A stretch of DNA of 64,000 nt from Octopus bimaculoides (Eukaryota): the NCBI RefSeq assembly GCF_001194135.2, contig NC_068982.1, positions 67,035,202 through 67,099,201 on the forward strand. Reading direction: 5' to 3'. The notes under the pieces are model-generated. The model was given only the letters and a program-made list of their open reading frames with translations, was not told the origin of the DNA and made no database searches. The translations under genes and the position numbers were made by a program. Positions 52,565-63,821 of this stretch are shown here, in pieces. Within the stretch, counting starts at the first letter, position 1, and every line of letters starts with the position of its first letter.

Positions 52565-52856
52565 AACTTTCCCATCGAATGCGACATATGACCATCCAGC
52601 TGTCGCTGAATGGCTTGCACTAATGATTTGTTTATAGTGATCAAATGTTCGTGCCACACATTAGCTCTCTCTCCATCAAATTGACGTTGTCTGAACAGGT
52701 GCACTGTGTACCATGTATCAGGTGTCAAAGTGATTGCATAGTAATGTGAGATGAAGTGTTTTGTTCAAGAACACAATGCACCACCCAGTCTAGGAAATTG
52801 AAATCACAATCGCTAGATCGTGAGTGCAGACCTTAACCACTAGGCCATTCACCCTC
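52561..52856 (-). mobile_element. tRNA-derived SINE (family D-like head)
   Basis: Minus strand TGGCCTAGTGGTTAAGG A-box and GTGTTCTTGAACAAAACACTT core. Confidence 0.7.
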
Positions 52857-52861
52857 ATATA

Positions 52862-52896
<35 letters not shown>

Positions 52897-54721
52897 TTTT
52901 TAGAAAAACATATATCCAGAGAAGAAGCACACACACACATAATATATGTGTATATATATCTCCCGTACTCCCCCCTCTCTCACTNNNNNNNNNNNNNNNN
53001 NNNNNNNNNNNNNNNNNNNNNNNNNNNNNNNNNNNNNNNNNNNNNNNNNNNNNNNNNNNNNNNNNNNNNNNNNNNNNNNNNNNNNNNNNNNNNNNNNNNN
53101 NNNNNNNNNNNNNNNNNNNNNNNNNNNNNNNNNNNNNACACACACACACACACATAAACACAAATACAAGATTGCATCGTATATACATGTGCAGACAAAC
53201 ACATACATGCTCACATACACATGCACCACACTGATATACATCATGTATTTATACTGACACATGCTTGCACAATATATATATATATATATATATATATGGA
53301 CACACACAAAAATACACACATATATACGAACATTTACAAAGACATTTGTGTGTATATGTATTTGTAAGAATAACTATATATACTTACATGTATGCTTGTC
53401 TGTGTTTGATATGTATGAGTTAGAATTTCACTTAATATCTGCTTGCCAAACATACAAAGCAACTTCTACAATAATAATAAACAAAGAGAAAAAAACTAGG
53501 TATTGATAATCTCTACTAGAATTCCCCAGCTTTACCAAAAGAAGAATTTTTTCTGTTGACTGTTTAACACAATACATCAAGCAAGATGGTACCTTCTCAC
53601 ATTTTTGAAAATATTTTGTTTTGTGCCAATATAGTCTTTTGTTCAGCCAAATCAGATAATCTTTTCAACAACAGCAGTTTTCAGTGTCAATATTTAGACA
53701 ATATTTCCTCTATTTGTAGTTTACTTATTCATTGAAAGTGGCCCCTTACCATTTATTTACCAAGGGATTCTTTACCCCATCTCTACTTTTAGTGCAATTT
53801 CTTTTTTTCTTTTGATTTCTTAAACAAATGAAATTGCCCAAATATTTTGGTAGAATATCTTCAGAACTTGGCACTTGCTTACTCCCTTACCTCATTCTTC
53901 TGGTTATTTGTTGTAAAATGCTATTTTACAAAACATCTATTGTGAATAAATGACCCCAGAATTTATCTTTTATTTTTTACTTGTTTCAGTCATTAAACTA
54001 CAGCCATACTAGGGCACATCCTTCAAGAGTTTAGTTGAACAAACTGTTGTAGAAAACACTTGCTCAAGTTGCTGTGCAATGGAACTGAACCCAAAACCAC
54101 ATGGTTGCAAAGTGATCTTCTAAATCACACATCCACCCCTGTGCCTATATTTGAAATATTAATTATACAAAATATTGGTTTACTAAATCTGCCTCCATTT
54201 TTTGTTGACTGTTATTGTTTGTCATTATCAATAGTTTTTCTTTTCTTTTTTAAGTCAGTAAGGAGTGATTTGAGAAGGATTTAACTGCTACTTTTAGCTG
54301 GTTTATCAAACAGCCACAGGATTTCTTGAACATTGTTTTTTGATTTCTTGTTTCTGTCGTTGAGTCACAGCTTTGTCCTGATTGGGCAGCTCTATGATTA
54401 AATATGATCAATGCACTCTAGCTATGACCACTCAATCTGTTTAGTATATTAACAACTATATTGTCTCTGTGTCCTTCCATTTTACAGACAGCAAAGTGCA
54501 ATTTGAATATTTGGCTGTTATTTTTAGCAAGTCATGTGACTACATAGTAGCTCCCTTCTCGGTTTATCTGTAGTTGGATTGTGGTTCCATTCTCAAATCA
54601 TCCATGTATCCCTTTATTTATTTATATATTTGTACTTTAATTTTTGCAATATAGTTGCTACCAATGTAATTTGCTTTACATTATTTACATTTGATGGATA
54701 TTTGTCATCTTGTTTGTTGTT

Positions 54722-54767
54722 AATACAACGTTTCGGCTGATATCCCCTCCAGCCTTCATCAGGTATC
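54722..54767 (-). ncRNA. minimal type I hammerhead ribozyme motif, canonical core
   Basis: Minus strand GATAC-CTGATGA-A-GGCTG-GAGGGGATAT-CAGCC-GAAA-CG-T-T-GTATT. Activity untested. Confidence 0.75.
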
Positions 54768-54912
54768 TTGGGGAAATTTTGAACCTGGGTTCTCATTCCT
54801 AAGGTATTTTTCAATGTTATGATTATTATAATTATAATTATTATTATTATTATTCAGGTCTCTGCCTGGAATCAAACTCAGAATCTTGGGGTTAGTAGCC
54901 TGCACTCTTATC

Positions 54913-54973
54913 CAGTGGTTAAGAGCGCAGGCTGCTAACCCCAAGATTCCGAGTTCGATTCCAGGCAGTGACC
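54913..54973 (+). promoter_or_regulatory. tRNA-like Pol III head (A-box remnant and B box), not a functional tRNA
   Basis: CAGTGGTTAAGAGC and GAGTTCGATTCC; 5' acceptor strand absent and anticodon stem poorly paired. Confidence 0.6.
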
Positions 54974-55071
54974 TGAATAATAATAATTATAATAATAACA
55001 CTGAAAAATACCTTAGGAATGAGAACCCAGGTTCGAAATTTCCCTAAGACACCTGATGAAGGCTGGAGGGT

Positions 55072-56189
55072 CACCACTTTATAATGGAATTGAAGGTTTA
55101 GATACCTGTGGAGTATCTCCTTCTCCCATTATAATTTTTATGTAGTTTCAAGGAGCTGGAATGGGTCGCCAATTTGTGACGTCTGTGCAAAGTGAGGTGA
55201 TGAGAATGGCTCCTTAGTACATTACATGATCGATACAATAAATATAGATAGAGCAATGCATTTATGTGCCAGAGGGAAATAAGAGACATAACCGGATAGA
55301 ATGTTTAAGAGAAGATTTATTGATATCTAAACATGTGTGATTATGTGTGAATCATAAATGCAGAATAATAGACAGGCCATCATAAGAATAAGATATATGC
55401 GTGTGTATGTAAGCATAGACGTAATGCGTGTTAAGAACATATAAGGATAGCGATGAAGAAGAGACAGTGAAAGAGTCTATAGCCATCAAAGTGAGGAGTA
55501 AGTTCATAGACACTAGAATGATAAACACCAGTTTGTAGTCAATTGTACATGATAGTTGAAATACTGTATCAAGAAGTTGTGGTGATGATGCCACGCTGGT
55601 TGTGGTACATGTCGTACATGAAGTTGTGGCTGTGATGCTGCTGTCTGGGTCACTTGGTACAGGAGTTCTCATAGGTTGTATATCTGCTGTTGATCCATGG
55701 TGAAGTAGTTCACGAACAGTGCAGTGTTGTAACCTGGGCAAGTACATAGAGAGATGTTGATGTTAGGACAAATGGTGACAATGGAGATGGAGGTCGCTGA
55801 ATGCTGTGGGATGAAGTTGATGAATCTCCACACGGCTGCTGTTGTGTTGTCTCTAGAACTGGCGGTGTTTTGTGTGGTCAGTGGTTAGACCTTAAAAGGT
55901 CTGAAACCAAAGACATCGAGATGAGGAAAAGTTAGGTTTTTTTATAAGGAGTTGTAGGCTCAGCTGAGGTAGAAAACAGGCTGCCACACATGACCTTATT
56001 TGAAGGCTGCAATTGGTTGGGTTGCATATTGGCGCACGATAGAGCAAGAGACAAGTTGCACCAATACCAACCAGAGTAGTGGATACAACAGGGCCTAAAA
56101 TGTGGTCAAAGGCTAGCTGTTATCTGCTACGTTCGTATGTATGTATATATTATAGAGAGGAGAGGAATTTCACTCAAGTGTACACTACA
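55072..56189 (-). mobile_element. LTR (55175-56189, about 1015 bp) plus PBS and ~100 bp of internal sequence
   Basis: Minus strand TGTAGTG...GACGTCACA, then AATTGGCGACCC (PBS-like); AATAAA near 55320; flanked by AGGGT at 55067-55071 and 56190-56194. Confidence 0.65.
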
Positions 56190-56789
56190 AGGGTATATCA
56201 GTCGAAACGTGTTAACAACAAACAAGATGAGGACAAATATACATCAAATGCAAATAATGTACATAATTCCTCATCTCTTAAATATAGGACTGTGTAATTT
56301 GCTGTAGTAATGTCTTGGCAGTACTATCATCATCAGCAACAGCAGAAGTTCTTACATTTTTGTTCCATGGTTGCATGGGTTTGATAGATCACAGATCATT
56401 TTGTCTCCTATTGCACTTTTTTTTATCTAGTATACACAGCAACAGAGAAAATTGCTATGTTTTCTTTAGGTTTTGTTTTTATAGTTTGATGTTCTTCCTA
56501 TCACCAACTACTCTTATAACAAGGATTGGCTACATTTTTATATTGCTGCTGGCACAAGTGAAGCTGTTTGCCTGGTCTAAAAATGTCCTTTCTATCCTGT
56601 ATCAATTTTCCATTTATTATTATTTTGAGAGTTAGCTGCCCTCTTAGGTTGCCTGCTTTGTGTCATGCAGAATTCACATCTGTTTGTTCCTTCCTTTTTC
56701 TATTCACTCATTTGAGAAAATAATTTTGTTTTCATTAATCGACCTCACTCAATAACTTTATGTGACATGGATAGAGATCCTACTTCTAT

Positions 56790-57365
56790 TACTAAGTTAT
56801 ATGACCTAGTTATAAAGTAGATTATGTATTAACTACATACTCTAAAAATATAACTAGATTTTAAATTTACTATATTCACAAAGTTATATGGTGGTGCTGC
56901 TGCTTCTATTATTCTCTGCCTTAGTTATATAACTAGGTTTTATATTCACTATAAACCTTAATTATATAACTAGGTTATATATATTTACTATATACCTTAA
57001 TTATATAACTCGGTCATATCTTTTCTATATAGGCCTAGTTATGTATACATAACTAGGTTATGTATTCATTAAGTACACTAGTTATATAACTAATTTCCCT
57101 ATTCACTATATATGCTATTTATATAACTAGGTTATATATGTTTACTACATGCACTAATTATATAACTATGTTCTATGTATTCACTCTATTCTTTGCTTAT
57201 GCAACTGTATTTTCACTATACATCCTACATATGTAACTAAATTATTTATTTACTATACATCTTAGATATGTAACTACATTATATATTCACTATACATCCT
57301 AGATGTATAATTACATTATATATTCACTATATACTCTGCTTATACATCTGGGTTATACACTCACT
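56790..57365. repeat. degenerate ~36-bp AT-rich minisatellite, about 15 units
   Basis: Unit approximately TAGTTATATAACTAGGTTATATATTCACTATATACCT. Confidence 0.8.
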
Positions 57366-57814
57366 CTTGTTTCATGTATATTTAGTCAGATCAGCTTTAT
57401 TCTGAAAGTGAAATTTGTTTTTTCAATTGAGTAAATAATTAAGCTGTACTGTAATCAAATTTCTTGAAGCACACAAACATATGCACATGTCTACACACCG
57501 ACAGATGAAGATGGACAGTCATACATGCATGGCAACATGCTTATGGATGCACACGTATATTTGCACATAGATGCTCACATTGACACAAATTCTTAGTTGT
57601 ACACAAACATGTTAGCATCCACAGATTTACAAACACGAATGCACTCATTCACTCAGACAGGTATGTATGTACACACACACACACACCGACACACATACTT
57701 AAACATATGCAATAGGCACACTCACTCACAACACATATGCCTATACATACATACACAATGGGCACAATTACTTACAGACACATAAGATAGCCATGCACAC
57801 ACTGGCACACACTG

Positions 57815-57859
<45 letters not shown>

Positions 57860-58526
57860 CATTTACAGATGTAGTCAAACACTTACATGCTCTGACACAC
57901 ACTCAAAGATCTCTCTCTCTCTCTTATACACATAAACACATGCACTCACACATGCACACGCACACATACACAGACACTCACACATATACTCACATATACA
58001 GACACTCACATACACCCAGTTACTGTCAAATTTGAAGTTGTTAGCATTTTCTTTAACTTGGTTTATTTTAATATTTAACGAGGCCAAATGTTCGAAATTT
58101 TTATCTCTAGTGGACCAACGTTTCATTTCACAATGTCTTCTGTCTTCATACAGACTTAAGTTCTTTTATCAGTTAGTAAAAAAACAGTATAATCAGTAGT
58201 TCCACCATATTATTTTCTTAGAAATAATAATGAGGCAGCTTTGATGATATCCAATGTTTACAACACCAGAAACACAATAGAGTTAACATCATCATCATCA
58301 TCATCATCATCACTGTTGTTTTAGTGTACCCTTTTCCATGTTTGCATGGGTCAGATGGAATTTGCTGAGGCAGATTTTCTTTGGCTGGGTGCCCTTCCTG
58401 TCACTAACCCTCACTTGTTTCTGAGCATCTGGTGGAACAGAGGGAAAGAGACAGAAGCAGGAGAGACCAGAGATCGGATATTCGGAGGGAAAGAGACAAA
58501 AGCAGATGTCACAAATCAGATGCTCA

Positions 58527-58749
58527 TGTGAATACAAATAGAATAAAACAAGTTTTGTGTAAATTGGACCATGGGTTATCAAGACATGTAGTTTTTTCGA
58601 GTACCTTTATAAATAGCTAAACCGGCATATAATAGGAAATATGCTTTGAAAGTAAGATACCATCGAAATGTGAATACACACGGAATAACAAGTTTCATGT
58701 AAATTGGACCACGGATTCTCGAGACATGCAGTTTTTTACGGGCACCTTG
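58527..58749 (+). repeat. ~80-bp diverged direct repeat, period about 142 bp
   Basis: ATGTGAATAC...ACAAGTTT(TG/CA)TGTAAATTGGACCA...AGACATG(T/C)AGTTTTTT at 58527 and 58669. Confidence 0.75.
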
Positions 58750-58787
58750 AACTATTGGTGACCTAACGTGTCACAGGTATCTAGTAT

Positions 58788-58897
<110 letters not shown>

Positions 58898-58949
58898 TGA
58901 AATAGATGGATAGATAGATATATGTACATATATATATATATATAACATG

Positions 58950-58985
<36 letters not shown>

Positions 58986-59559
58986 TGTGTTGTGAATTTA
59001 TGGAAAGAAATCCCATAAAACTCAACAATTTTGATAAAAATGGAGAAGAGAAGATGTTAAATTCATGCAGACAATCGTTTCATTCAGAGATATAAAAATC
59101 ATGCAAATTTATGGCTGAATAGCATTAATTAAATTAATTAGATTAAATTAATTATATATCACTGTACTCTTCAGTGCAAGAAGTATAAACAAAATTTTTA
59201 CAAAGAACTTGAGAATCCTGCTGAGGTCAACTCTTCCTTTTGATCTTTTGGGATCAGTAAAGTACCAGTTTAAGATAAGAAAAATTGTTTGAGTGTTGGA
59301 CAAAATGGTTGTGTGATTAAGAAGTTCATTTCATAATAATGTTGTTTCAGATTCAGTCCCACTGCACAGCATCTTAGGCAAGTGTCTTCTGTTATAGCCC
59401 TATGTTGGTTAATGCCTCGTGACTCAATTTGGTTACTGGAAACTTTGTGTGTGTGTGTATGTGTGTGTATGAATATGCAAGAATGTTGATTGTTTCACTT
59501 GTTACTATTAGGGTGACACAGTGGTACTACTTACATTTCTTGTTGGCATTATAACCAAT

Positions 59560-59830
59560 AAAATGGCAGCAAGCTGGCAGAACCATTAGCACATCTGACA
59601 GAAAGCTCAGCAGCATTTCTTTTGGTTCTCTACTTTCAGATTTCAAATTCTGCAGAGGTAATCTTGCTTGTCATCCTTTCAAGGTTGATAAAATAAGTAC
59701 CAGATGAGCACTGGTGTTGATTCCATCAACTTCTGCATTGGGTTGATTCCATCAACTTCTGCATTGGGTTGATTCCATCAACCTTCCCTTCCTCTCAGAA
59801 TTGCTGGCCTTGTGTCAAAATTATAAAGAC
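59560..59830 (+). mobile_element. SINE family C with internal 26-bp tandem expansion
   Basis: TGGCAGCAAGCTGGCAGAACC head; TTGATTCCATCAACTTCTGCATTGGG x2.5 at 59717-59782. Confidence 0.85.
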
Positions 59831-60339
59831 ATTACAACCAGCAAGAAGCTCTTTGCTTTTGAAGAATGTTGAAATAAAAATCATCCCTCATTTGAAAACC
59901 ATGTAAGGGTTGTTGAAGAGAAGAGCACTCAGCTGTAAAATACTGCTTTTAAGTCAAATGATTATATATATATATTAAAGAGGTCAGTTTAAATCAGTCA
60001 TGGGCAAACTGCAGCTTGCAGGACTTTATGAATGGCATGGCTAAATGAAAACTTACATTGAATTTTTTTAGGTAGTGTGGCATACCTGATGAGGAAGCAC
60101 ATCTCATGTAGCCTAGTTCTCAAAACAGGTTGTCCATGCCTGGCTGAAAGTTATATCAATTATGTAACATGTTTCTGAACTAAATGTTACAAAATTATCT
60201 TAGGTGAACACATCTCAATCACCATCACCATCATCATCACCTTTCAGGTTCTTTCTGCCTTTAGATTGACTCTACTCAATAAGGCTATTAACTCTTTTCA
60301 GTTCAGTGGCTTTGTTGGTCATATTAGCCCTGCTAGAAG

Positions 60340-60510
60340 AGGTTACTTCACTGTGATCGATGGTCCAACTGTGGTTTTGTATATAACTCACACAGATGAC
60401 AGAGGCTTCCGATTCCATCCAAACTTTGTGTACAAAAGATCTTGTAACATTTACATAGTTGACAATTTCTAAATCATGGTGTTCCATACATGTGGCATGA
60501 TTTTCCATTT
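60340..60510 (-). mobile_element. Tc1/mariner (maT-like) transposase N-terminal fragment
   Basis: EHHDLEIVNYVNVTRSFVHKVWMESEAS resembles the first HTH of DD37D-type transposases as recalled; no catalytic domain present. Confidence 0.5.
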
Positions 60511-61793
60511 CTCATGTTTGTTAGCATTTTATCTGCTGTGAAAGATGTGAAAGAAGAAAGAACCTTTTAACTGGTTAGAACCCCTTGCACCCTATATATA
60601 TGAAATGAATTGTTTCCTGGAGCCTTAATCAAGAATTGAAACCTTAGTCTAGATTTTTTGTAAACTCCTTTTCATTGTTCTCAGCATTTGCACTCAGAAA
60701 TTTATGAGAGTCAGCTGTCATACTTAGATAAATCTTATAGCTTCCCTGAAAGTCCTTAGGTTAAATTCAGTTCAGCAGAGATGCACACATTAGCTTTACT
60801 TTGTTCTTTGTCCTACTTCTAATTTTTCACACTAAATAGAATTATTCCTTTTTTTCATTGGCACCTTTTCTGAAGGTGCACCCTCTCTTTGTATCTGACA
60901 TTTTTTGGAGCAGTTGCAGCATCTCTCTCTCTCTCTTCATTTATGGTATGTCAACATAGGACTCTTACTCTACTTGTCAATCCAGAGATGTAAATTCTCT
61001 TCTTCTTTCTCTCTCCTTTCTTTGGCCTCCTAGCAGTCAATAACAAATGAAAGCAGCTACTTATGGAATGGACAACAGAAGTTTTACTAATCTTTATACA
61101 ACTCGAAGCAGTTGTTTTTATATTGCAGCAATAAATTAAAGACCATTTTCAACTATGATTTCCTTCTGTCATTTATTCCATGGACTTCAAAAACAACCAA
61201 CTTATCCATTACATTCTTGGTGACCTGACTTCTACCATATAGCCTACCAACTGTTGCATTTGACAACTCCAATGTTAGAAAAAGCAAATATACATTCTTC
61301 TCAATTTACCAACCATCAACATACACAGTTACATTTCCTGCAAACTGTTGCATATACATAAGTATTTATATATAAATCATATTTTTATGTCTACTTGTAT
61401 GGATAGATAAAAAGATCTATCTCTCTATCTATTTATCTATCTATCTACATACATACATATTTATATACATATGTGAATGTAGTTAGATAGATAGATAGAT
61501 AGAGAGAGAATGTGTGAGTGTGTGTACATTTGTGTGTTATTAAGCTAACAGTTTTACTTACTCATCAGCTGTACAGTTATTGTAAACAATTTTTCTTTCA
61601 TATATGTTTGTGTGAATGTGTGTGTAGGAGAGATAGAGATAGATAGATCGGGAGAGAGAGAGAGAGAGAGAGAGAGAGTTGGTTATCTGTATATGTATGT
61701 TTATCTGTGGGAGGTTACGTTTTTCAAACATTTCAACGGTGTTGAGGTTATAGGATGTATGTTTTAGTTGTGCTTCAATCTTAAAGTTTATAG

Positions 61794-61827
61794 AATGTTG
61801 TCTGAAACGTGCAAAACAGACGACATG
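61794..61827 (+). CDS. candidate short host exon (MLSETCKTDDM, or ATG-only coding part)
   Basis: Consensus donor ATG/gtaagt at 61828; possible acceptors tttatag (61793) or gttttag (61767); repeat-free neighbourhood with retained CpGs. Confidence 0.4.
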
Positions 61828-63094
61828 GTAAGTGAATCACCGTATTACACTTATTTTCCTGTGTTTTTTTTCTCTCTTTTTCCACGTCCAGCTTTTGGGT
61901 GTGTATTTTGTGTGTATTTGTATTATTTTATATAGTTAATGTTTTTATATCATGCCATACAAGTAGTGTTTCTATTGTTTGTTTGTTTCTCTCTTTGTTC
62001 TCGTATCTTTTGATGTTATAGTAGCAGTAGTGGTGGCGGTGGTGGTGGTTGTCGTGTTTTTAAAAGGAAGCAGTAAATAAAATTATGTCCTTTTTCGTTG
62101 ATTGTTGTCCCAGAAATGTTTACAGTGCAACTATGATGTTTTCTACGCTTCAATTTCTGAATTGTTCGTTGATACTTTGAATGAAATCAGTGGGGTCGAA
62201 ATTTAATTAGGTTACTCTGACTTGTTGATAATAACATTGACACCACCACTGCTCAACATGTCTGTTGTGGGTTACTGGACCCTGTTTAACGTGCCTCTTG
62301 CGGGTTACATTGACATCTGGCCCTTCTTTAACATATCTCTTGCGGCTTACATTGAGGCTGTTCCCCAGTTGGTAAGATATCTCTATGTTGATGCTGGTCC
62401 TTTGTACAACATTTATTTGTGGGTTACTGGTCCTTTTTTTAACATGTGTATTGGACATTACCTTAACCTCAGCTCCTTGCTTTACATGTACATTTTTGGT
62501 TGCAATGACTTGTTGACGCTGAATTCTCTTTGACATATGTAATGTGAGATAAATTGTCACTGGTTCCCTGTTATTTCTGGTTTCTGTTGATATTAGCCCC
62601 TTGCTTCACAGGTTAGTTGTGTATTCTAGTAGCTTATTACCCCTGACCTCTGTTTAACATGTTAGAATCGTCCACAGTGGCTCATAAAAACAGTTCTGAA
62701 AGGCATTATCCTGCATGAACTAAAAAGAGAGCTTGTATGTGGACACTTGACCTACTAGATAACGTCACCAAATCTCTTTAAGAGAACACTCACATCAGTT
62801 TTTTTTTTAATGTAGAAACACAAGTATGTTGGATAAAGCAAAACACTCAAATGATGGACATGCAATCTTAAAACAAATATTGAGTGTACTCAGCTTGCTC
62901 ACTCAGAACAAACTTGGACTATTTTGAGTGGGTTTGTCTGACAGAAAGCATTCCTTCTCTTAGCTGATATTGATGAGGCTAGTTGAAATCAGTACTGACT
63001 ATTAACAACACACATCAGTGTTTTATAGTGTTCTCACTGCTCACCATGATTACCTATTGTTAACAATGCTATATAACTTCATATATACTTATTA

Positions 63095-63240
63095 CAGGTG
63101 TAGTAAGATGTTTGCTCCCCAACATGTTTCAAATTGACTCCCACTGTGCAACATCTTGAGCAAGTGTTTTCTGCTAAGCCTAGGCTAACTAAAGCCTTGT
63201 GTGTGGATTTGGTAGATGGAAACTGAAAGAAGCTTGTTGT
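63095..63240 (+). mobile_element. SINE family A 5' part running into a gap
   Basis: CCCACTGTGCAACATCTTGAGCAAGTG...TGGTAGATGGAAACTGAAAGAAGC. Confidence 0.8.
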
Positions 63241-63245
63241 ATATT

Positions 63246-63293
<48 letters not shown>

Positions 63294-63821
63294 NNNNNNN
63301 NNNNNNNNNNNNNNNNNNNNNNNNNNNNNNNNNNNNNNNNNNNNNNNNNNNNNNNNNNNNNNNNNNNNNNNNNNNNNNNNNNNNNNNNNNNNNNNNNNNN
63401 NNNNNNNNNNNNNNNNNNNNNNNNNNNNNNNNNNNNNNNNNNNNNNNNNNNNNNNNNNNNNNNNNNNNNNNNNNNNNNNNNNNNNNNNNNNNNNNNNNNN
63501 NNNNNNNNNNNNNNNNNNNNNNNNNNNNNNNNNNNNNNNNNNNNNNNNNNNNNNNNNNNNNNNNNNNNNNNNNNNNNNNNNNNNNNNNNNNNNNNNNNNN
63601 NNNNNNNNNNNNNNNNNNNNNNNNNNNNNNNNNNNNNNNNNNNNNNNNNNNNNNNNNNNNNNNNNNNNNNNNNNNNNNNNNNNNNNNNNNNNNNNNNNNN
63701 NNNNNNNNNNNNNNNNNNNNNNNNNNNNNNNNNNNNNNNNNNNNNNNNNNNNNNNNNNNNNNNNNNNNNNNNNNNNNNNNNNNNNNNNNNNNNNNNNNNN
63801 NNNNNNNNNNNATATATATAA

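Larger units (their letters stand above)
54677..56293. mobile_element. fold-back tRNA-headed, hammerhead-bearing element (Penelope-like termini); right arm interrupted by 55072-56189
   Basis: Left arm 54677-54910, loop 54911-54919, right arm 54920-55071 resuming at 56195-56261. Confidence 0.8.

Noticed and set aside
53590-53830. Minus-strand exon candidates (EIKRKKEIALKVEMG etc.)
   Set aside because: Inconsistent frames and weak acceptors; possibly a very old transposase remnant that I cannot confirm.
54913-54973. tRNA-Ser(GCT) gene
   Set aside because: No acceptor stem or long variable arm, and the anticodon stem does not pair; treated as a repeat head.
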